A stretch of 64,000 nt of DNA from Treponema sp. (GTDB lineage: Bacteria; Spirochaetota; Spirochaetia; Treponematales; Breznakiellaceae), in NCBI GenBank assembly GCA_009782495.1, contig WRIX01000001.1, positions 4,583 through 68,582 on the forward strand. Direction: 5' to 3'. Below are positions 34,594 through 43,374 of the stretch, piece by piece. The translations under genes and the position numbers were made by a program. How positions within the stretch are numbered: position 1 is the stretch's first letter; every line of letters starts with the position of its first letter. The notes beneath the pieces are model-generated. The model worked only from the letters and a program-made list of their open reading frames with translations. It did no database searches and was not told where the DNA came from.

Positions 34594-36792
34594 TTATTCA
34601 ACCTTAAACCTTGAAACTTCTCTTATTAAGGTTTCAATGCCTTCGCGGGTTTTTCCACTTAACTCGTTAACGTGGTGTACCGATACATTCATTTGTTCTG
34701 CACCGCTTGCCATTTCGTTTATTCCGGAAGAAATCTCCTGTGTTGCTTTGTCAAGTTCCGTGCTTTCACGAATGACCTCAGTAGAACCTTCAAGCATTTC
34801 ATGAGAGCCCAATTTTACCTGACGGGTTATTTCATTAACTTGGCTAACCCCATCAAGGATTTGTTTACTCCCCTCTCCCTGTTCTTCCATAGCATTGCGT
34901 ATATGGTCTTCCTGATCCGATACTACCTTGACGCCTGAGTCGATTGCTCCAAATTTGGTGAGTACATTTTCAGTTGAATAATTTATTTTGTCGATCGATC
35001 CTTTTATTTTTTTCAAAACGTTACCGATGGTTTTTGATTGTTCGCTGGAACTTTCCGCCAGTTTGCGGATTTCGTCGGCAACAACGGCAAAGCCCTTCCC
35101 CGCTTCTCCCGCATGGGCGGCTTCAATGGCGGCATTCATCGATAACAGATTTGTCTGGCTGGCGATATTTTGCATAACGGAGTTAATTTCCATAAGCCCT
35201 TCGGATTCCTTGGAAATTTCCTGTATGTCTCCTGCCACTTCCTCTAATCCGGCACGCCCCACTTCGGACGCTTCCCGCAAAGTCTGAACATTTGTCGCAT
35301 TGTTGGCAAGCGTTGTGGTAACCGACTTTATATTGGCAACCATTTCCTCAATAGCGGAAGAAGCGCGGGCTACATTTGTAGATTGATTTTCTACCAATCC
35401 ATCTAGTTTGTTTATGTTGACTACCACTTGCTCCATTGTCGCATGTGTTTCGGTAACGCTGGCGCTTTGGTTTAATATGCGTCCTTTTATGCTCTGAATA
35501 TTTGCAGTTATCTCATTTACAGCGGCGGCGGTTTCGTTCATGTTACTGGCAAGATCATTGCCGATGTTAGATAAATTGACCGTTTCTTTTTTGATGCTCA
35601 GAACAAGATTTTTGATTTTTTCCAGGGTCTTATTGAAGTAATGGGAGAGGTCGCCTATTTCATCATTGGAACTGGTAGTTATCCGTTTTGTCAGATCGCC
35701 TTCGCCTTCGGAGATGTCTTTAAGAGTTTCCACTACTCTGACGATTGGTTTCGTTGTATAGTGCAAAGAAAGGTAGACAATTGCCGCTCCTGCGAAAATG
35801 GCTATGGCTGCTATTATTATGGTAAATCTGGTTATGTCATTTACTTCTTTCATAATAACATTTTCCGCAGTTGCTATCATCAATGACCATGTTGATTCTG
35901 AATTACCCTGCGGAATAGGAACCAGCTTAAATTCAAGGTTTGTCCGAAGAGCGGCGGAATATTCTCTGGCTTCAAATTTCGTTCCATCCCGAATGGCATT
36001 ATCGGCTTCCTGCATACGATTACCGTATATCGTATCTACATCGGTCATCATTTTAAATAAACGGTCAGGAATCGAATGTCCCATGATAAACCCGTTACCT
36101 GAGTAAATTACCATAGCCGTTATTTCGTCATTATTGGTCAATGTCTGCATTACCGTAGGTTGTATCCCATTGATAGATAATAGGCACCCAACAATTCCCA
36201 CTACCTCATTGGTACGTTTATTAATTATTGGAACCGTCATTATGAATACATATGTTTCCTTTCCTTCTATAGTTCTGAGTATGGGATTATCTACACGATC
36301 TCTTTTCGCATTGGGACCAGCAAGCCGATCCATAGTAGCCTGAACATCGGTAGCGGCGCGGCTTTGCAATGTGCCGGATTCTCTGGTGTAGGTCATGGCG
36401 TACTGCCCTGATGTGGTGGAGCCTGACCTTCCTATATATTGTGCGTCCATATTATCAAGGGCGTTGGGTTTCCATACGGTATATGTAAGAGTCCATGCGG
36501 AATTTGAATCAAGCGCGCTCAAGAGCATACTGTCAAAACGGTCACGCCTTTCTCTGACAGGAACATCGTCATAATCGGCCATTATGTCGGCAATCGTACG
36601 CAGTGCTCGTAAATGGCCGTCTGTTCGCGCCTTCCAGTATTCGACCTGATGGTCGATAACATGATTAATGCTCTTTCTATTCGATGACAGGCTAATGTTA
36701 GTTGCCTCGCGCAAGAGCAGCACAGCGATCCCGATTACAATCACCGTAACAATGGCGATCACCAAAAGACTCAATTTAATTTTGAGTTTCAT
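34594..36792 (-). CDS. Methyl-accepting chemotaxis protein (Cache-type sensor, HAMP, MA domain)
   Basis: N-terminal transmembrane segment, periplasmic domain, second transmembrane segment and HAMP. Signalling hairpin [33 protein letters not shown]. Confidence 0.92.
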   Translation of the reverse strand: MKLKIKLSLLVIAIVTVIVIGIAVLLLREATNISLSSNRKSINHVIDHQVEYWKARTDGHLRALRTIADIMADYDDVPVRERRDRFDSMLLSALDSNSAWTLTYTVWKPNALDNMDAQYIGRSGSTTSGQYAMTYTRESGTLQSRAATDVQATMDRLAGPNAKRDRVDNPILRTIEGKETYVFIMTVPIINKRTNEVVGIVGCLLSINGIQPTVMQTLTNNDEITAMVIYSGNGFIMGHSIPDRLFKMMTDVDTIYGNRMQEADNAIRDGTKFEAREYSAALRTNLEFKLVPIPQGNSESTWSLMIATAENVIMKEVNDITRFTIIIAAIAIFAGAAIVYLSLHYTTKPIVRVVETLKDISEGEGDLTKRITTSSNDEIGDLSHYFNKTLEKIKNLVLSIKKETVNLSNIGNDLASNMNETAAAVNEITANIQSIKGRILNQSASVTETHATMEQVVVNINKLDGLVENQSTNVARASSAIEEMVANIKSVTTTLANNATNVQTLREASEVGRAGLEEVAGDIQEISKESEGLMEINSVMQNIASQTNLLSMNAAIEAAHAGEAGKGFAVVADEIRKLAESSSEQSKTIGNVLKKIKGSIDKINYSTENVLTKFGAIDSGVKVVSDQEDHIRNAMEEQGEGSKQILDGVSQVNEITRQVKLGSHEMLEGSTEVIRESTELDKATQEISSGINEMASGAEQMNVSVHHVNELSGKTREGIETLIREVSRFKVE

Positions 36793-36929
36793 TTACCTTT
36801 CTCCTTCACTGGCAATATCCAAAACTGAGAAAATTAAAAATTAATGCTTCAAAGGAAAGATTTCTACTATAATTTTAACCACTTACAGATGTTATTGTCA
36901 ATTATATTTTCCCACTTAGGGCTAATTGA

Positions 36930-37304
36930 ATGGCCAATATCAAGGCTATTAGCATGAAAAAAATGAAGCTAAAGCACATTTTTATCAGAAATTTGAAAGA
37001 ATTCCGAAAAAAAGAAGGACTTTCTCAGATGAAGCTAGCTGAATACTGCAATATAGCACACAGTTATATTGGGGAAATTGAAGTAGGGCGGAAGTTCCCT
37101 TCTATGGATGTAATAGAGAGAATTGCCGAAATTCTGCGAATAAAGCCTTACCATTTATTTATTGACCGAACAGAAATAAAGCATAGTATGGGCGAAGTTG
37201 AGATTTCTTACCCCAAATTGCCAAAAGCTATGAAAATTGAAATTAAAAGGCAAATTGACTTAACTATTGTGGAAGGAATTCACGAAATTCTTGATAAATA
37301 TTAG
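36930..37304 (+). CDS. XRE-family HTH transcriptional regulator
   Basis: LSQMKLAEYCNIAHSYIGEIEVGRKFPS. Confidence 0.75.
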   Translation: MANIKAISMKKMKLKHIFIRNLKEFRKKEGLSQMKLAEYCNIAHSYIGEIEVGRKFPSMDVIERIAEILRIKPYHLFIDRTEIKHSMGEVEISYPKLPKAMKIEIKRQIDLTIVEGIHEILDKY

Positions 37305-37412
37305 TAAATCATTCATTATTTACACCGACTACATATTGGTATGCGGGAAAAATCGGCGTGGAAAAAATATTGTTTCATTTTATGGAAGTTCTATTAAAAC
37401 TGACAAGAGTAT

Positions 37413-38477
37413 TTACTCCAGGTTCTTAAGAAAACTCTGCAAGAATTCCAGCGGCTTTATTTCCTTGTTTAAAATTTGATACAACCCTGTTGAGATTGGC
37501 ATCTTAAGCTTGAGTTTTTCTGAAAGTATTTTTATGTATTTTGCAGCTGCCGCTCCTTCGGGAAGATAGCCGATTTCTCCGATACGGGAAAGCAAATCAT
37601 CCAGATCCTTAAAAGAGTCCAAAATATTTTTTTCGACAATCTCCCGGCCAAAACGCCGGTTTCTGCCAAAGATCGAACGGCAGGTTACGTCCAAATCTCC
37701 CACTCCGGAAATAGAAGAAAAGGTTTCACTATGAGTGGATCCCATAGCTGTGCCAAGGATCAGTATCTCGTTGAGTCCTGCCGCAAGAAGCAGCGATTCG
37801 GTGTTGTCTCCGAACATTTCTTCTTCATCGTATGATCCTGTTTTTATGGCGTCCATAATTCCAAAGGCAATGGCGATTACATTCTTTGCCGCCGCCGCAA
37901 CCTGAACGCCGCGGACATCAAGCGATGCAAAAACCAAAAGACGGCGGCTTTTTAAAAGGTACCTGAAACGAATGGCATTTTTGGGGTTCTGGCTGGCCGA
38001 GATAAGACCGGTTATTTTACCGCGGGCGACTTCTTCCGCATGGCTGGGACCGGCTATATATACAAGAGACTTCCGGTAAAAACCGGGAAGGTAATCTTCC
38101 AGAGTATCCAAAATCAATGCAGGGCCGCTTGATGTTTCCAGGAAACCTTTAGTGATTACCGCTATAGCAGTATGTCCTTCCCGTATCGAATGTACCGCTA
38201 AAAGCTGTTTTACAGTGTGTAATAAAAAAAGAGACGGCACCGCCAGAATCAGAAATTCTCTGTCTGATACCGTTTCACTCATTCCGGTAAGCGCTTTAAG
38301 GGTTTCCGGTAGTGTAATCCCCGGCAAAAAACGATTATTTGTATGGTGTTTATTTATCTCGTCAGCGGTATCTTTTTCATAACACCAAATGGAAACTTCA
38401 TGGCCTTTTTCGGCAATAGCTTTGGCTACGGCAGTTCCCCATGCCCCCGCACCCAGAACAGCAACAGTGGATCGCAT
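37413..38477 (-). CDS. gpsA: NAD(P)H-dependent glycerol-3-phosphate dehydrogenase
   Basis: VLGAGAWGTAVA Rossmann motif, GPSHAEEVA, AAAKNVIAIA, NRRFG. Confidence 0.92.
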   Translation of the reverse strand: MRSTVAVLGAGAWGTAVAKAIAEKGHEVSIWCYEKDTADEINKHHTNNRFLPGITLPETLKALTGMSETVSDREFLILAVPSLFLLHTVKQLLAVHSIREGHTAIAVITKGFLETSSGPALILDTLEDYLPGFYRKSLVYIAGPSHAEEVARGKITGLISASQNPKNAIRFRYLLKSRRLLVFASLDVRGVQVAAAAKNVIAIAFGIMDAIKTGSYDEEEMFGDNTESLLLAAGLNEILILGTAMGSTHSETFSSISGVGDLDVTCRSIFGRNRRFGREIVEKNILDSFKDLDDLLSRIGEIGYLPEGAAAAKYIKILSEKLKLKMPISTGLYQILNKEIKPLEFLQSFLKNLE

Positions 38478-38515
38478 ATTGTCAGTATAACGGAGTACCG
38501 GATTATGTTAAAGCC

Positions 38516-39025
38516 TTAACCGCCAACCAGAAGGCGGCCAATATTGGCAAGTTCCGGCATTTTGACATGAAGGGGCATATGTCCCTTTGCATTGGCTTTA
38601 TCAAGATCGACGAGTTTGACAAATAGTTCGTTTACCAAATCGGCAAAGACCTGCAGGTTTGAGGCAAAATTATTTACTGCCATTTCTCTAAGCACCCTAT
38701 CCGATGAAGAAGGGTCTGATCTGCCCACCCGGCTGCGTATAGATGGCAGTTCCCGCCTTACTACCGATACGAAATGAGCGGCGGCTACGACTTCACGGTA
38801 CAATTCATCCAGGTGAATAGCCTGGGTTGGAGGCTTTTCGGTAAGGTCTTCCATCAGGTCCCAGGATTGATTGTCAAAGGGAAGCTGAAGCAGGGCGGGC
38901 CTGATAAACCGGTTGGAAATATTACTCCTGTAATGTTCACCTATTCGTTCAATAAGTCTGATTATGGAAGCATCCGAAACTTGCATTATATCCATTATAA
39001 ACCAAAATAAGAGTTTTACAAGCAC
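38516..39025 (-). CDS. Hypothetical protein
   Basis: 169-aa ORF with no motif I recognise. An alternative start MDIMQV lies about 33 nt inside. Confidence 0.45.
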   Translation of the reverse strand: MLVKLLFWFIMDIMQVSDASIIRLIERIGEHYRSNISNRFIRPALLQLPFDNQSWDLMEDLTEKPPTQAIHLDELYREVVAAAHFVSVVRRELPSIRSRVGRSDPSSSDRVLREMAVNNFASNLQVFADLVNELFVKLVDLDKANAKGHMPLHVKMPELANIGRLLVGG

Positions 39026-39054
39026 TATTTATGTAAATAAAACTTTAATTTAGC

Positions 39055-39234
39055 GAACTGAACACATCAATCTTTCCATATCGGTGGGGGGAAGAACACC
39101 CATTCAGACCATGGCGGTCGAGGCTGTCGTCGACGCACACTTTGGTGTGGCATCTTCTTCACCTCGCCGAATGGTCTTCATGGCTAACCTTCCCCCCACC
39201 TATGTGGCAACATTATCCCCGATGTGTTCAGTTC
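39055..39234. repeat. Structured element 1: 180-nt near-continuous hairpin with 14-nt terminal inverted repeats
   Basis: GAACTGAACACATC (39055-39068) pairs with GATGTGTTCAGTTC (39221-39234). GGTGGGGGGAAG (39083-39094) pairs with CTTCCCCCCACC (39189-39200). Further pairs are AGACCAT/ATGGTCT, CGAGG/CCTCG and an apical CACAC/GTGTG. No plausible ORF. Confidence 0.8.
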
Positions 39235-39425
39235 AGCAGAGATAAAATTATTGTGCCCCTAACTGCGCTCCCGTGCACTGGCTGTGGGCAGCGCTTTAAT
39301 TACCTATCAAAAAAGTACTGCATCTAAGTGTTTTCAGCCCTTTTCCAGCATTATTTCGGCTCATGGTATGACAGATGCTTAGCAGCAAATTACCGTTTAC
39401 ATCCATCGGAAAAACCTTAACGTAA

Positions 39426-39703
39426 CGAACTGAACATATCGAATTTTATGTTACAACATAGGTAGGTGGTTGCTTATGAAGCATATACGTGAACATGCTT
39501 GCCCCACAGGAGGGGAAGCCTGACCTGACGGGGACTTTCGGCGTGCAACAACAGCAGCCATGCCAAAGCATGCGTAAACGGCAGCCACGACCGGCGTCCC
39601 CGCTCAGGGCAGATTCCCCTTTATGTGGGGTAAAATGGTTCGGAATGTGCTTCATTGATAACCTTTATCTTTACGGTATAGGAAACTTGATGCGTTCAGT
39701 TCG
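39426..39703. repeat. Structured element 2: 278-nt paralog of element 1 with the same termini
   Basis: GAACTGAACATATC (39427-39440) pairs with GATGCGTTCAGTTC (39689-39702). Inner stems are CCCCACA/TGTGGGG, AGGGGAA/TTCCCCT and GGGGAC/GTCCCC. It shares the TTCCCC..TATGTGG segment with element 1. Confidence 0.8.
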
Positions 39704-39736
39704 GTAAATTGTGGTTTTTATTCGCATTGCAAAACC

Positions 39737-39763
39737 TTAACTTGATAAACCGGATGCCGATAA
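39737..39763 (+). promoter_or_regulatory. Sigma-28 (FliA)-type promoter
   Basis: TTAA, 15-nt spacer, GCCGATAA (39756-39763), against the consensus TAAA-N15-GCCGATAA. About 16 nt upstream of the next ORF. Confidence 0.55.
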
Positions 39764-39778
39764 TAAAATGAGGATAAT

Positions 39779-40162
39779 GTGATGAGAATATCGGGTGTTA
39801 CAGCGTTTCCAAACCTTGGTTATGCCTTTTCTAGCTCCAGTTCGGGCAGGATGTCCCTTCCTGTTAATCCGGGCAGCTATATTTACTCACAATTTAAGCA
39901 TGTTGGCGGCGTTCCTGCTCCGGAAGGAACCAATGGAGTAGCTGTTACCAAGCTAAAAATCCTCGATGTACTGATTGAGCAGCTGCACCAGATAAAAAAA
40001 CAGCCCACGCTTAATACAAAAGACCTTTCCAACGAACAAATTGATGCGTTGATCAGCAAATATGAAGGCCAAATCAAGGCTGCCACGGCTGCCAACAACG
40101 TAATGCCCTATACTCCCGCCCCCCAGGTTCCCGCAGGTATGCTTTTCGACATTTCTGCATAA
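39779..40162 (+). CDS. Hypothetical protein (possible sigma-28 regulon member)
   Basis: 127-aa ORF starting at GTG 39779 or ATG 39782, preceded by GAGGA. No recognised domain. Confidence 0.5.
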   Translation: MMRISGVTAFPNLGYAFSSSSSGRMSLPVNPGSYIYSQFKHVGGVPAPEGTNGVAVTKLKILDVLIEQLHQIKKQPTLNTKDLSNEQIDALISKYEGQIKAATAANNVMPYTPAPQVPAGMLFDISA

Positions 40163-40196
40163 ATCAAGTTGTGCAATTCCTGACTAAATCGCACTT

Positions 40197-41555
40197 TTAT
40201 CCCATTTCTGCCGCTGTTTCGTAAATTGTCCTGTAAACAAAGGTAATTTCTTCTTCTTCGATGGCGGCAAAGGTAACCCGAAGGTATTCGTCTCCCAGGG
40301 CTATGGTTCCAATTCCTTTTTTTAACAGGTTTTGGCGGAGTTTTTCCGCTCCGCCCGGTTTGCCGTTTTCTTTACAGCGGAAACTCATAAAATAGCCTGA
40401 GTTAAACGGGAGCGGTTCCAGACTGGGCGGCGCAGTGTTTTCCGTAATAAACTGTTTGACTGTTCTGTAGCGGCTGTAAAGCAAATCGAAGAAAACTTTT
40501 TTTTCTGCTTCAGTTGCCGGGTTTTCCCAGGTTTTTAGCGCAAGGTTTTGCGCCGGTGTATTGGTGCAGGAAACGGAAGAACGTATAATTCCCATACATT
40601 TTTTTTCCAGTGCGGCATAGGCGCTTTCGTTAAGTCCCCTGGAACCAAAGCTGATAAATGCAGTCCGCAAACCCCAGACATAGTCTTCTTTGGTGGGGCC
40701 GTCTATTTTAACCGCAAGTACCTTTTCGTGGAGATGCGCAAAACGGCCAAAGAGGGATTCCTTGATTATATTTTCTTCGTAAAAGAGGCCAAAATAGGCA
40801 TCATCACAAATTACCAGTACCGATGCGCCGCTTTCCGCACATTCCTTAATCATGGCAACAAGGGCGTCCGCTTCGGTTTTAAGAGGAGTATAGCCCGAAG
40901 GATTTTGCGGAAAGTTCAGGATTATTCGCACCATACCGGCAGCCGTGCCGGCTTTGCCGGCAGCAGCTTCGGTTTTAAGAGCCTTTTCAAATGCCGCCAG
41001 GTTGAGTCCGCCTGCATCACTGAAAAGAGAAATGCCTTTAAGCTCCGCTCCCCGGCGTTCTGTAAAAATCAGGTTGTAATTGTCCCAGGACGGATCGGCG
41101 GCAAGCATCACCTGGCCTTCGTCCAGAAAAAGGTCGGCTATATAGGAAATTCCCGCTGTGATCCCCGGAACAACCACAGGCAGGGAAAAATCTTCATCCT
41201 TCAGGGAAGGGGTCTTCTTTATTAACGAAGCTTTCCAGGCTTTACGGAATGATTCAATTCCGGCGGTGGGGGCATAAACCACCAATTCTTCGGGGGTCAG
41301 GCCCGGTAATTGGCTGAGCAGGGGAGAAAGCGCAAGAGGTTTTCCTCCCTTAAATGCCATGCCCAGTGTGGCGTTTATTTTGGCGGTTTTTTTTGCTTCT
41401 GCAGATTGTGCTATTATTCCGCGGGGGAAAAAAAGGCGCCGTCCCAAGGATGATAAAAATGGGCCTACAATGCCGGCGTCCAGTATTTCGTTTAATTCGG
41501 TTGCAAGTGGGTTGATCATACTGTAACCATACACGTTCTTTGTTTGTTGTAACAA
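40197..41555 (-). CDS. Class I/II PLP-dependent aminotransferase
   Basis: Fold-type I pattern: NFPQNPSGYT, VICDDAYFGLFYE, KIDGPTKEDYVWGLRTAF. Start may be MINPL at about 41519. Confidence 0.75.
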   Translation of the reverse strand: MLQQTKNVYGYSMINPLATELNEILDAGIVGPFLSSLGRRLFFPRGIIAQSAEAKKTAKINATLGMAFKGGKPLALSPLLSQLPGLTPEELVVYAPTAGIESFRKAWKASLIKKTPSLKDEDFSLPVVVPGITAGISYIADLFLDEGQVMLAADPSWDNYNLIFTERRGAELKGISLFSDAGGLNLAAFEKALKTEAAAGKAGTAAGMVRIILNFPQNPSGYTPLKTEADALVAMIKECAESGASVLVICDDAYFGLFYEENIIKESLFGRFAHLHEKVLAVKIDGPTKEDYVWGLRTAFISFGSRGLNESAYAALEKKCMGIIRSSVSCTNTPAQNLALKTWENPATEAEKKVFFDLLYSRYRTVKQFITENTAPPSLEPLPFNSGYFMSFRCKENGKPGGAEKLRQNLLKKGIGTIALGDEYLRVTFAAIEEEEITFVYRTIYETAAEMG

Positions 41556-41556
41556 G

Positions 41557-42024
41557 ATGGATTTTGGAAAAATACTTGATCAATGGGATAAACAAGCCGG
41601 TTCTGTTTATGATAAAGATGCAAAAGCAGAGGATTCTGCTTATTCTCCCCTTTTAACCGTTGGATTTTCTGGTAAACGTATATCCGCTGCCAGGCGTAAA
41701 AGGCTGCTGAGAAAAAGCCCCGAGGCAACGATCGACCTTCACGGCCTTACCCGGGACGAAGCCTGGGATGCTCTTACTGTTTTTTTTAATGATGCCAAAA
41801 ACAAGGGTCTGGAAAAAGTACTGGTTATTCATGGCAAGGGGAACCATTCCGCCGAAACCAAAACCCCCGAAAGGGCGGAGGATACGGGAATACTTAAAAA
41901 AACAGTCAGGAATTTTATCGAACGCTGTCCTTTTGCCGGAGAAAGCGGCTACAGCGACGGCCGTTTGGGCGGAGAGGGATCAAGCTGGGTATTATTAAAA
42001 GAAAGCCGGCCTAATGTTCAGTAA
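41557..42024 (+). CDS. Smr domain protein
   Basis: IDLHGLTRDEAWDALTVFF...VLVIHGKGNHS is the Smr motif. Confidence 0.8.
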   Translation: MDFGKILDQWDKQAGSVYDKDAKAEDSAYSPLLTVGFSGKRISAARRKRLLRKSPEATIDLHGLTRDEAWDALTVFFNDAKNKGLEKVLVIHGKGNHSAETKTPERAEDTGILKKTVRNFIERCPFAGESGYSDGRLGGEGSSWVLLKESRPNVQ

Positions 42025-42032
42025 ACAAAACA

Positions 42033-42257
42033 TTACCGTTCCCGGTAAATAATGCGGCCCCGGTTCAAGTCGTAGGGAGAAAGGGCGATACGGACACGGT
42101 CGCCGGGGACAATGCGGATATAATGCTTTCGCATTTTGCCCGAAAGATGGGCCAGGATCAAATGTCCGTTCTGGTTGTCCAGTTCGATCCTGAACATGGT
42201 ATTCGGAAGCGCTTCCTTAACCACTCCTTCTACTTCTATTGCTTCTTCTTTGGCCAC
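42033..42257 (-). CDS. infA: Translation initiation factor IF-1
   Basis: [25 protein letters not shown]...[42 protein letters not shown] 42257 is preceded by GGAGG. The track ORF is over-extended to 42410. Confidence 0.93.
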   Translation of the reverse strand: MAKEEAIEVEGVVKEALPNTMFRIELDNQNGHLILAHLSGKMRKHYIRIVPGDRVRIALSPYDLNRGRIIYRER

Positions 42258-42324
42258 AAAACCTCCGCTTATCTTGGTATATATCAATATCCTGAAGATA
42301 TGGAAAACTGTCAATACGTGTTTT

Positions 42325-43338
42325 TTACTGAGTTGAATATTTTTTCCAGTCGGAAGGGGCAATCCCTGTCTTATGTTTAAAAAGCCTGGAAAAATAGTAC
42401 TGGTCTTCAAAACCCATGCGCCATGCTGCTTCTTTAACGGAGATGTTTTCTTCGCTGAGGATTTCTTCGGCTTTGTGGATCTTAAGCTGGATAAAGTATT
42501 GATACGGAGTCATAGAACTGAATTGTTTAAAAACTTCATTCAGCCGGGAAGTACTGATTCCGATTTGAGCAGCGATACCCGGTATATTGATATCTCCGGC
42601 TATGTTTTTTTCCATTAGGTATTTTGCTTTTTCTACTGTTTGCTGGTAGAAATCCGGTTGTTCCTGACGTCTGGAACGTGAGAGCATTTCTGTAATAAGG
42701 GTAAGTACGGCGGAACAGGCCTTCATCTGGTAAAGCGGTTTTTGGAATTTGACCTCATCAAAAATTTTTTTAAAAATCGCAGTAAAGTAATCGTTTTGGC
42801 CAATATTAAAAAATGATCTGTCTTCCGAAAGCAGTCCCTGTTTGGCAAGACGGTTAAAAAAGCTTCCCTTAAAACCCACCCAATATTCCTGCCAGCCTGT
42901 TTCCTTTTTTGGATAATAAAAATGTTTCAGTCCCGGAAGAATCAAAAACATGGAGCCGGGGATTACATCCCGGGTTTTGCCCGCGGAACAAAAAATCCCG
43001 TTTCCTTCTGTTATATAAATTATCTGATATTCGGGGAGTACTCTTCCTTCGGCCACAGGACGGAATGGAGCAGGATGCTTTTCTTTTACAGGCGGATAAA
43101 CCGTACCCGGAGCAATGTTTTGGCTGCCGGCCGTGGTACAAACCATGCCCAGCCTTTCGTCTTCTTTACTGTACGGAAGATAATGCCAAAACCCCCAGTC
43201 GCCTTCACCTGTACTGGCGTTTTCCGGCTGCCCGGTCTTCTCCATAATAAAACAGTATTGCATGTTTTGTCCATCCCCGCAAGAGAAAAGTCCATGAAAG
43301 TTATTTGTTTTTTCCATGTGATTAGGAGAATTGTCCAT
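42325..43338 (-). CDS. AraC-family transcriptional regulator (cupin plus HTH)
   Basis: C-terminal [18 protein letters not shown]...[17 protein letters not shown]...[16 protein letters not shown]. Start uncertain. Confidence 0.85.
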   Translation of the reverse strand: MDNSPNHMEKTNNFHGLFSCGDGQNMQYCFIMEKTGQPENASTGEGDWGFWHYLPYSKEDERLGMVCTTAGSQNIAPGTVYPPVKEKHPAPFRPVAEGRVLPEYQIIYITEGNGIFCSAGKTRDVIPGSMFLILPGLKHFYYPKKETGWQEYWVGFKGSFFNRLAKQGLLSEDRSFFNIGQNDYFTAIFKKIFDEVKFQKPLYQMKACSAVLTLITEMLSRSRRQEQPDFYQQTVEKAKYLMEKNIAGDINIPGIAAQIGISTSRLNEVFKQFSSMTPYQYFIQLKIHKAEEILSEENISVKEAAWRMGFEDQYYFSRLFKHKTGIAPSDWKKYSTQ

Positions 43339-43374
43339 TTACGAAAACTGCTTTTTCGATGGAAAATTAAAACC

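Noticed and set aside
39237-39303. Possible relative of the two-hairpin repeat just after structured element 1 (AGCAGAGATAAAATTATTGTG ... GCGCTCCC..GGGCAGCGC)
   Set aside because: The resemblance to AGCGCAAAGATATTATTATAG ... CGCTGCC..GGCAGCG is suggestive, but the loop is much larger and the identity is low. Treated only as a candidate terminator hairpin.
39055-39703. Known RNA or DNA classes for the structured elements: 6S RNA, SRP RNA, RNase P RNA, tmRNA, retron msr/msd, integron attC, invertible promoter
   Set aside because: - RNA classes: none of the conserved sequence blocks of SRP, RNase P or tmRNA are present, and the rod lacks the large central bubble of 6S RNA.
- Mobile-element classes: there is no reverse transcriptase, integrase or recombinase nearby, and the cassettes contain no ORFs.
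- Invertible promoter: full-length self-complementarity is not expected for invertons.

None of these could be tested computationally here.
39142-39707. ORFs of 61-72 aa on both strands inside the structured elements
   Set aside because: No RBS, odd composition (Trp/Cys/Pro-rich). They run through long base-paired stems on both strands, so non-coding is more likely.
40548-41225. 225-aa plus-strand ORF antisense to the aminotransferase
   Set aside because: No motifs. The opposite strand encodes a full-length fold-type I aminotransferase.
42258-42410. Extended infA ORF (125 aa)
   Set aside because: IF-1 is about 72 aa. GTG 42257 with an upstream GGAGG fits, and the extension overlaps the AraC gene 3' end.
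42922-43374. Upstream 151 codons of the 624-aa ORF track entry
   Set aside because: It overlaps the AraC regulator on the opposite strand. The isomerase-like protein starts cleanly at ATG 43375.
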